IMG/VR virus record: IMGVR_UViG_3300021082_000035
Coordinates: 1 to 48,403 of that record
Length of the DNA stretch: 48,403 bases
Source: a virus
Lineage: Duplodnaviria > Caudoviricetes
Direction: 5' to 3' (one strand)
Shown: positions 1 to 8,500 of the stretch, piece after piece
Layout: each line of letters starts with the position of its first letter
Numbering within the stretch: position 1 is the stretch's first letter
The notes under the pieces: generated by a model
Told to the model about the DNA's origin: nothing
What the model saw: only the letters and a program-made list of their open reading frames with translations
The model's database searches: none
Made by a program: the position numbers and the translations under genes

Positions 1-47
1 TGGCGTCGAGGCCATCGGACTGTGACCGCTTCTCGCGGTAGCCATAG
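1..47. repeat. Terminal overlap, near-identical to 48357-48403 (43/47)
   Basis: tggcgtcgaggccatcggactgtgaccgcttctcgcggtagccatag vs tggcgtcgaggccaccggactttgacggcttctggcggtagccatag; mismatches at positions 15, 22, 27 and 34. Confidence 0.95.
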
Positions 48-169
48 CCGTCGATGGGGGTGAAGTCCACGTCGTCTATCTGGCAGCCGTCGATAGGCGT
101 GTTGCCACCCTCGTTGACCGGGGTGTTCAACTCGAAGTTGCGGTATGTGACGGGCCTAGTGAGGTCCAT
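1..169 (-). CDS. N-terminal part of distal-tail (Dit-like) protein, continues across the circular junction into 48356..47593
   Basis: ATG at 169 (MDLTRPVTYRNFELN...GYREKRSQSDGLDA) joins in frame to SDVFLGGRTVRLAGTLYG once the 47-nt overlap is collapsed; about 310 aa in total. Confidence 0.85.
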   Translation of the reverse strand, partial: MDLTRPVTYRNFELNTPVNEGGNTPIDGCQIDDVDFTPIDGYGYREKRSQSDGLDA

Positions 170-172
170 GCG

Positions 173-811
173 CTAACTCGGCCTGCGCAATCGCCTCACT
201 CGGCTGCGAAGCGAGCGCCATTCATTGGCGTAAGTCGCCGCCATGCCAAGGAGTTGCGTTGCGCTCACATCGGTGTTGTTGGCGTCAGTCTGCCACTGCT
301 GGAACAGGGCACGCGACATGATGAGTCTCTGGAAGCAGGTGAACTGGGCGTACGAGCGGATGACGTACTCGCCATCGAGGTCGATGTCGGGCACCTCGGA
401 GTCGTCATACAGCGGGTCACGCTCTGCGTAGCCCCACACGGTGAGCGTGTCCTGATCGGTGTCGAAGAACAGGCCACGGGGCAGGATGAGCACCCCGTTG
501 AAGTAGTCCCAGCCCGACAGCATCTCGTCACCGTTGTGTCGAGGGAGCGTCTGGTAGGCGAAGTTGGGCCGCCACAGTTCGACACGGAAGATGTCGTCAA
601 TGAGGCCACTCATGGCGTAGGTGAATGTGTCAGCCACCAGCACCACGTCGGCCTTGCTCTCCTTCGGCACAAGCCGATTGAGTTCAGCGATGCCGCCGTT
701 GATGAGGTCGTTCACCTCTGTGGTGCTAAACGCCCTGTTCTCAGGGTCGTGCAGGTCACGACTGATCGAGGCCCGCAGCACCTCTTGCGTAGGTGGCGTG
801 TATGCCGTCAT
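173..811 (-). CDS. Head-tail adaptor/connector protein
   Basis: Directly downstream of the capsid gene; N-terminal 'LRASISRDLHDPENRAFSTTEVNDLINGGIAEL' is typical of adaptor proteins. Confidence 0.65.
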   Translation of the reverse strand: MTAYTPPTQEVLRASISRDLHDPENRAFSTTEVNDLINGGIAELNRLVPKESKADVVLVADTFTYAMSGLIDDIFRVELWRPNFAYQTLPRHNGDEMLSGWDYFNGVLILPRGLFFDTDQDTLTVWGYAERDPLYDDSEVPDIDLDGEYVIRSYAQFTCFQRLIMSRALFQQWQTDANNTDVSATQLLGMAATYANEWRSLRSRVRRLRRPS

Positions 812-826
812 CTCGCCCTCAGTAGT

Positions 827-860
827 AGGGGGCTGGCCCGCGAAGGAGAGCCAGCCCCCT
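827..860 (-). terminator. Strong hairpin after the capsid gene (terminator/attenuator, no U-tract)
   Basis: agggggctggc-N12-gccagccccct, 11-bp perfect stem. Confidence 0.55.
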
Positions 861-870
861 GTCGGCTAGT

Positions 871-1845
871 TTAGCCAGCCGCCGCTGCTGAGGAAACGGA
901 GTCGATGCCTCGGAACTTCGGTCCAACGCCTGAGATGTCGAGCACTTGGGAACCCCAAAAGCCCTTCCATCCCATGAGCATCTTCTGGGCCAGCGGGTCG
1001 GTGTGGTCACCGCCCGGTCGGACCATGTATGCCTCGATGGAGTCGAAGTCGCCGAAGGCGAAGTACCCCGGCCCGTAGATCAGGGTGCGGAAGATGTGAG
1101 CAGACGCCGCGCCACCGTTGCCGATGTACGTGCCGTTGTTCGTCTCGAAGAACTTGACACCGTGCATGGTGCCAATCTCTCCCGCCTTGATTTCCGTGGT
1201 GCCGGTGTACTTGTTGATGTCGAGCCACTGACCGGCAGTGCCCGACTCTTCCATCAGGTCGCGTGCGACGAACGGATGGATTTTGGCGTGGTACGTCCCA
1301 TCGGGGAACGTCGGCACATTGGCCGCACGCAGTTCTGTGACAGCGCGTCGAACCAGCGCCATCGTCAGGTACGTGCCCGACGCCTGAGTCAGAGTGGCGC
1401 GAGAGGCGAAGCCGCCCGCAAAGATGGTGGACGGGGCCGTGATGTAGTCACGGTTCGCCTCACCAATGGAGCGGTCGAGCGTCATTATCGCGTTGAACGC
1501 GAGACGTTCGGCTGCCACAGCAGCGAGGTTGTGCGGCGACTGCATCAGAGCGATGTCCGAGATGCCGACGAGTCGCCCGTACTGGGCACCGTAGAACTCG
1601 TCGTAGGCGATGGTCAGCGCGTCCTCAGCAGGCGGTGTCGCCTCTGATAGCGCCTGAGCGACGGTGGACAGGTCGCCATAGGCGATGTACCGGAGCATGT
1701 TGGTGCCCGGTACCTGCGTGGCCTGAAGCCACGAACCCTCGTCCAGCCAGTGCGCCCTCTTGCGCAGGTTCTCCGCAATGTTGCGGAGCACCAGCGTTGT
1801 GACCGTCTTATCGAAGTTGGTCGTCGTGGTGAGGGTGGTAGTCAC
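871..1845 (-). CDS. Major capsid protein (N4-gp56-like HK97 fold)
   Basis: 324 aa; motifs QYGRLVGISD, IHPFVARDL, GEIGTMHGVKFFET and DPLAQKMLMGWK; follows the scaffold gene; SD GAAAGGGA. Confidence 0.9.
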   Translation of the reverse strand: MTTTLTTTTNFDKTVTTLVLRNIAENLRKRAHWLDEGSWLQATQVPGTNMLRYIAYGDLSTVAQALSEATPPAEDALTIAYDEFYGAQYGRLVGISDIALMQSPHNLAAVAAERLAFNAIMTLDRSIGEANRDYITAPSTIFAGGFASRATLTQASGTYLTMALVRRAVTELRAANVPTFPDGTYHAKIHPFVARDLMEESGTAGQWLDINKYTGTTEIKAGEIGTMHGVKFFETNNGTYIGNGGAASAHIFRTLIYGPGYFAFGDFDSIEAYMVRPGGDHTDPLAQKMLMGWKGFWGSQVLDISGVGPKFRGIDSVSSAAAAG

Positions 1846-1863
1846 TTAAGTCCCTTTCAGGGG

Positions 1864-2484
1864 TTATGTGTCCCGTCGCATCCCCACGCCCATTGCCTCC
1901 ATCTCAGCCTTGAAAGCAGGTGCCTCTCGTTCGAGTTGCGCCAGCAACTCTGGGATGGTCTGCTCCTGCGGCGAAGTGGTGCCATTGCCGGTTCGTGCGA
2001 CAGAGTTCTTGTCGATCAGTGATGGTGGGACGTTTCCACCCAGACCAGCAGTCAACTTCGCTTCTAACGACGCCAGTTTGCCTTCGTCTGCGACCGCGAG
2101 GACGTTATCGTCCAACTCGGCGGAGACGTTGGGGAAGCGAGTCTTGCGCAGTTCCACCGTGTGGTTGCGCTGAGTCTCTTCCAACTGCCGCGTGAGCGAT
2201 GTGACCTGATCCTGCATACGCTGCTCGGCAGTCATGTTCTGCTGCCGCTGGACTTCCTCTGCCTTGCGTGCCTGTTCCTCGGTCGCTTGGTAGCGAGCGA
2301 GTTGGTCACGGAGGGCTTTGGCTTCCTCTGCGTGTGCCTTGTCCTTGCCGGAAATGCGAGCCTGATACTCGCGCTCGACTTCCTCGACCGTGCGGGGTGT
2401 CGTTGGCTCTACGACCGCTGTGCCCTCGGCGGGTTCAGTGGTGGCGGGCTGTTCCCCGGACGGAGTGGTTGTCTCGACTGTCAT
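1864..2484 (-). CDS. Capsid scaffolding protein
   Basis: Acidic coiled-coil protein of 206 aa immediately upstream of the capsid gene; SD AGGAG. Confidence 0.75.
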   Translation of the reverse strand: MTVETTTPSGEQPATTEPAEGTAVVEPTTPRTVEEVEREYQARISGKDKAHAEEAKALRDQLARYQATEEQARKAEEVQRQQNMTAEQRMQDQVTSLTRQLEETQRNHTVELRKTRFPNVSAELDDNVLAVADEGKLASLEAKLTAGLGGNVPPSLIDKNSVARTGNGTTSPQEQTIPELLAQLEREAPAFKAEMEAMGVGMRRDT

Positions 2485-2511
2485 CCAGCGTCTCCTAGTT
2501 TGCTACTCCTG

Positions 2512-2534
2512 TGACCCCAATGCAATAGGGGTCA
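2512..2534. promoter_or_regulatory. Inverted repeat upstream of scaffold/capsid
   Basis: tgacccc-N9-ggggtca in the 72-nt intergenic gap. Confidence 0.35.
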
Positions 2535-2556
2535 ATGAGCGTGAGGATACACCTCA

Positions 2557-5500
2557 CTAGGGCATCATCGGGGCCAATGTCTGCTCGGCATCGGCGAGGT
2601 CTTGGTCGGGCGGAGTAAGGCCATACGCTTCGAGCATGGCCCGCGCATTGCTCGACGTAGAAGGTTGGGGCGCTGCTGTCTCTTCGGCTGGTGCGTTGAT
2701 TTCGTTGCCGATCTGATTGAAGGTGTTGATGAAGTTCACCGCACCCAGTGCGTAGTTAGCCGTATCAGCCAACTCACCCAATGGGTTCACCTTCTTGGGC
2801 TTGATACCCAACCTCACACGGTCGGCGTTCTCGACCTGCTTGGCTGCGGTGTGGCGTATCCACGCAGGTGAGTTGACCGGGATGTCCCACGGCGTACCGG
2901 GCACCATCATCTGCAAGAAGCGGATGCCCTTCTCGTGCTTCTCCATGAAGTCACGCAGGTCCGGGTCGGTGTTCAGTTGCAGCAGGAGCGCCTGACTGAC
3001 GTGTGAGGACATCATGTAGCCCGCCATCGGTGCCTTGATACCGAACGGCTGCTTGACCAAGAACCTCAGCAGTTCAGGCACTACCTTGCCCCACATGTAC
3101 GACGCGGGGTAGTAGCCCAGATACGGGTGGTTGACGGAGCGTTCGAGGAAACTTCTTCCCCGTCGGAAGTAGTGACTCGTATGCGCCTGCTCTTCAGCCT
3201 CGGACATTAAGTAGCGAGCCATCGCCAAGATGCGGTACTCGTCGGGGTTGAAGGGCACCGCCGACAGGGTGTGGTTCTCCTGCCCGAACAACTGGTCGAA
3301 CAGCGCCTTGGCATCCGGGTGCGCCTCGGACAACTTCTTGACCTTGGTGTGCTCTTGGACCAACTTGCCCATGAAGTTGAAGGCCGACTGAAGCCGGGAG
3401 TTAATGACCTCACCAGTGGTCACATACCTGACGAACTGCTCGGCCAGCCACTCTTCCTGTCGGTCAGCGAGGACGCTCTTGCCATTGACCGTGCGCTTGT
3501 AGCGGCGCATTCCGGTGGCCGCCGAATAGGCGTCACTGATGGCCTCGATCATGGAGTCCTCGAAGTGCGGCACCATCTGGTGCAGCAACTCATGCGGGAT
3601 GGTGTCAGGCCCAACCTTGTTCATCAGGAAGATGCTGGCGTCTAGGTCAGAGTCGATCTTGGTTGCGCCACGTACACCCTTGGGCGACAACTGGTAGTGC
3701 CAGCCCCTAATGGGCGGCGGCAGGTTTACGTCTCTGGCTCGCCATTCCTCAACGAAGTCTCCGAGGTGCTGCCAGTAGGCGGTGTTTGCGTGCGCGAGCG
3801 CCTCACCACGGTACCGATTGCGCAGCGCCGTTGCGACGTGGGGGTACTTGTCGGCTGCCCTGATCCAAGGGTCGGCGATGGTGTCTGCTCGCCATCTGAG
3901 GCGGGTGTCCCACTCCCACTGGGAGTAGTTGCTCCTGCTGACGGTTCTTCCTGTGCCATCTACGAACTCTCCTGACTCTTCCATCAACTTCATAAACTCG
4001 GACGTTCGGTCGGCACCAATGTCCATCTGCTGGCGGAACATGTCAACCAGACCACGCTGGTCGGTCACGCCCATCGCCCGCAGTTCGAGGATGGCCGGGT
4101 CGTCAAGTGGCTTCAATGCGTTCAGCCCGTCCTCGGTGACGGAGCCTACTTCGTGGAACACCCTGATCGCCCGGTCACCGTTTGGCATCACTATGGACTG
4201 GCGCACGAGGTCGTCATCCATCCACAACTTGTCCACCATCTTGTTGACAAGGCTCTCGGACACGTCCTTGGGCACGATGAAGTCCGTCACCCAGTCCTGA
4301 TCCCACTCGTTCTTGACGTACTTGCCCGGAGTGGTGGCGTAGTCCACGTATGAGGCCACTACCTCACCGCGCTGGAAGGCAGAGCCAGTCGCAGCCACGG
4401 CGGCCTCGATGCTTTCGGGTGACCCAGTGATGACGATGCTCACCTGTGGCCCGTATGCCTGCCACTGCTCGTCGTCCACGCTGTTGTCCTTGATGAAGTC
4501 ATCAACGAACTCGTCCCATTCGTCGTTGGCAATCATCGTGTCGTAGGCGTCCTTGCCCACCATGCGCCGTGCCTCATCGGCGAAGTTGTTTATCTCCTGC
4601 TCGGTGGTCGGCCCCGCCAGAGGATGGCGCACGTTGACGTGGTGCTTGCCCTCGCCAACGGATACCTGCACTACGGACACGCCTGAGATTTCTCCCACGA
4701 CGCTGGCCCACCAGCGGCCTACGTCACCCTGCACCTTGGCCAAGCCTTCGTTCCATGCACGCACCTCTTCGGGATGCCACTGATGGCCCGCAGACTCCAA
4801 CGCAGAACGGTGCGGGAACGCCTCGTAGAAGTCAGTGCCGGGGTGTGGCTCCAACTCGAAGTTCATGGCCACGTACTGCTTGTTCATCAAGCCTTCAGCG
4901 CCATAGCCCTCACTCTTGTTGGCGAAAGCCTTGTAGCGAGCGATGTTGACGGCCTGCATATCGGCTGCCGTCCAGTCCGTGCGCCCTGCCCAAGCGTTTG
5001 CATTGGCCTCACCAGCCCACTGGCGGTAGTCCTTCTGCATCTTGGCGAACATGGCCGGGGTTATGCCCTGCTTTGTCGCCGACGGCGAGGGGTATGGCAG
5101 CGTCTCGCCCATCAGGGCTTGCAGCATCTCTTCCGGGTCAGTGGTCCCTTCTCGTATCACCCGGCTGGCAGGACCGGCGAGTTTACCGCCCCGCCTTGCG
5201 ATGATTTCGTCTGCCTCTTGCCAGCCCTTCCTTTCGGCTGCGCTCATCTCGTCCCAGCCATCCGGCTTGGGTGACTCGAAGTACCCGTGCGCTCGCGCCC
5301 CTTCCATCGAGGGGTTGATCGTGTCCAACTGACGTGAGTTGGGATGGATCAGTGACTCCAATGACGCACGCTGTCGCCAGTTGGGCATTATCTCGTCGCC
5401 ACCGATACGGGCGAAGTCCAACATCTGCTCGATGGCGAGGTGCGAGGCGGGCACAGCACGGGGATGCTTGCCTGATCCTGACTCTAGAACCGACTGGATT

Positions 5501-8500
5501 GTGCGAATGACCTCACTTGGGTCCATGTCCTCGCGGTGGACGAGGTGCGAGAAGCCAGCCAGTATCCGTGAGGCCAATGCCTGACGGGCCTCGGCCAGTG
5601 AGGCGTGGTCCTTCTTCTGAAGCCACGACTGTGCGGCCTTCGATCCGGGCAGGTCATACGAGCCACGGCCTGTGACATCGGCCCAGTTGAACGTGCCCTC
5701 TTGGTCTATGTACTCGACCAACTTGGAGTAGTAGCCCTGCCCGTGATGGGCTAGGTCTGTGCCGACCATGCCCACGTGCGGCTGCTGCACCATCGGGAAG
5801 CCCGACTGCGTGCCGCCATAGAGAGATGACTGGACGCTCCGTGGGGCCGGTGGCTGTGGCGTCCAAGGATGCGCCGCAAACGCATCGTCAACCGCACTGA
5901 TAACTCGGCTGTAATCCTCATCACTGAGGCCGGGGAAGCCAACCCTGCCGGGGTGTGGCGGCACGGGTAGCCCCTGCCCAATCGCGTCGTAGTAGTCCTC
6001 TGCCCGTGACGAAATGAGGTCACTTACATTGGATCGCTGATCCACCGGGAAACTTCGATACACCTCATCCATCGCATCTTCACGCCGAGTTGTGACATCC
6101 GTGCGGGCATCCACCGCTGCACGCCAGCGCGACATCTCGTCCTGCTGCATCTGGAAACGAGTCACTGGCACGCTGGGCGTGTTCAGCCCTTCGAGGTACT
6201 GGCGGCTCACGTCCACGCTCTGCACTGGACCACCGGGCGTCATCGGCGCACGAACGCCGCGCTCGATCAGGTCAAGGTTCTTGGTGATGTTGACCGTGGA
6301 CACCAAGTCGCCGTTCTCGTCATACCAACCGAAGTAGTGGCGCTCCGGCTCACCGGGCATCTGGTCAGCGACGACGTGTACGCCTGAGTTCGGAGCGGCC
6401 TTGGGCCGGTCCTTGGGCTTCATCTTCCTGATGATGCTTTTGATGGCCCCTGCGTTCATCGAGAAGTAGTCGCTGCCCGACCCCGGCGTCAGGTTCTCTG
6501 CGATGTACTGGCCTGCCGACGCTGCCGCACCCTGCATCGTTCCCCCACCGTACGTGCCGGTGATGGACCCTAGATCACTCTGGATTTCAAGAACACTCTT
6601 GCCCCGCAGTCGCTCCACGCGCAGGCGGTGTTCGTGTATGTCACCGGGCTGTGCGATGTGGTCCTGCGTGAAGCGCCACACCACGTCATCTGGCAACTGA
6701 TCGACCATCATGCCGAACAGCGAGGGGATGTTGCGGTTGCCCTCGACTATGCGGTTGATCTGGTCTGAACCAAGCAGAACTTCTGCCATCTCGGCAAGTG
6801 AGTCGTAATCCAGCCCCGGTCCTGCGATGTGTCTCAGGTCAGCGCCATTGCCATCAGAACTACCGTCAATGGCCGCACCTGTGATGCGCCTCGTCTCGCC
6901 GGTCGGTTCTGCGCTGACGCCCTTTGCGCCCACCGGCAGGTGATCCTTGGCTGTAGCGTCCCACTGCCAAGCGCGGGTGATCTGACTAGCCTCGATGGAC
7001 GACACCGCCTCTTCGTCAAGGCCAGCGACAGTGCGTGAGGTGGTCTTGTGCGTCTGCACGCTGGGGTCAATCTCAACGATGTACCCGCCACCCTTCGCGC
7101 CGTAGGCACCACCAGCCAAGCGGTCAGGGTCGTTGGTCACGTACAGGTCGTCGCCCAGCAACGGCTTGAACGTACCGGCTTCGATCCCAGCCTTGTACTC
7201 GGCCTCGCTCATGGCTCGGTAGTAGTGGCCTGTTTGCGGGACATGGGTTCCCTTGGCCTTCAGTTCATCCCACAGCCCACCACGCCAAGCGTTGAAGCCA
7301 ATCGTCGGGCCTGACGCCTCTTCGATGAGCCGCTGCATCTCGGCTTCGCTGCCGACCGGCGTACCAGAGATGGCTCTTGCGTCTCGGCTGATTGCCCTCA
7401 CTACCGGGTCGCTGCCCGGTCGCAGTTCGTGGCCGTAGAACTTCAGCGTGTTGTCCTTGTCCACCAACTGGTAGTGAGCACCACGCGGCACCTTCTTGTT
7501 CGAGTCGAGATGCTTCATCGGCTTCGACATGAAGCGTGAGATGTATTCCTCTTCGGTGTATCCCAGCACGTCGGCGAACTGACTCATGGTCCGTCTCATG
7601 GACGACATCACTGCGCTGGCCTCACGCTTGGCCTCACGGGTGTTGCCCCGCGCCATCGCGTAGGCATCACCACTCTTTTCCCAGAACTTCTTGGGACCGA
7701 TGTGTGAGGCCATTGCCCACGCTCTATCGGCGTAGACATCCTCGGCGATGTCCACCATGTTCTTGCGGAACTGCTCTTCGGTGTACTCACCAGAGCGCAC
7801 CGCAGCACGCAGCGAGTCGAAGTCGTTGAAGTTGTGGTGTCGGGCAAGGGCAAGCGGCATCTGCTTGGCGCTGGCACCCATCTCGCGCGGCAGGTTGGCG
7901 TCCATGAGCAACCGCTGCATATCGCGCAGTTCGGACTCCGGTGTGTTGAACGCCTTGTTCAGCCAGTACCAGTTGCCGACTCTGGTGGGATCGGTGCTGC
8001 CTGCGGCGCGTGTCCATTCAGCCCACAGGTTGGGGTTCAAGTCATCGACGTACGCCTTGAACGACTCGCCGAAACTCTTGGAGTGCTGACGCACATAGTT
8101 CAGTCGCTTCAGTTCGGCCAATGACCTCACCTTGCGGCCCTCGCCGATAAGCCTGTTGCTCCACTCCCGACCAATCTGGGTGCCTGCACCAGCAACGCGC
8201 CGCGCCTCGGTGGCCCCAAGCAGCGACAGCGCCGCCGGGGTGTACTCCCACTGGTCAGCCCACTCCCCAAGGAACCCGGCTCGACGCAGCGCCTCAAAGG
8301 ACTTCAGGTCCTCCTTGCTCCACCGCATACCCGGTCGAACGCCACGCAGGATGTTCCAGAAGAACGGCTCGGCTGCTTCCTGCATCAAGAAGATGGGGTT
8401 GTACTGGAAGCGGGCCAGTGGGTACAGGCGCTCAGACACCACGCCCAGCCAGTTGTTACCCGGTCCACGTGCGCTGCCCGTTTTCATCTTGCCGCTGATC

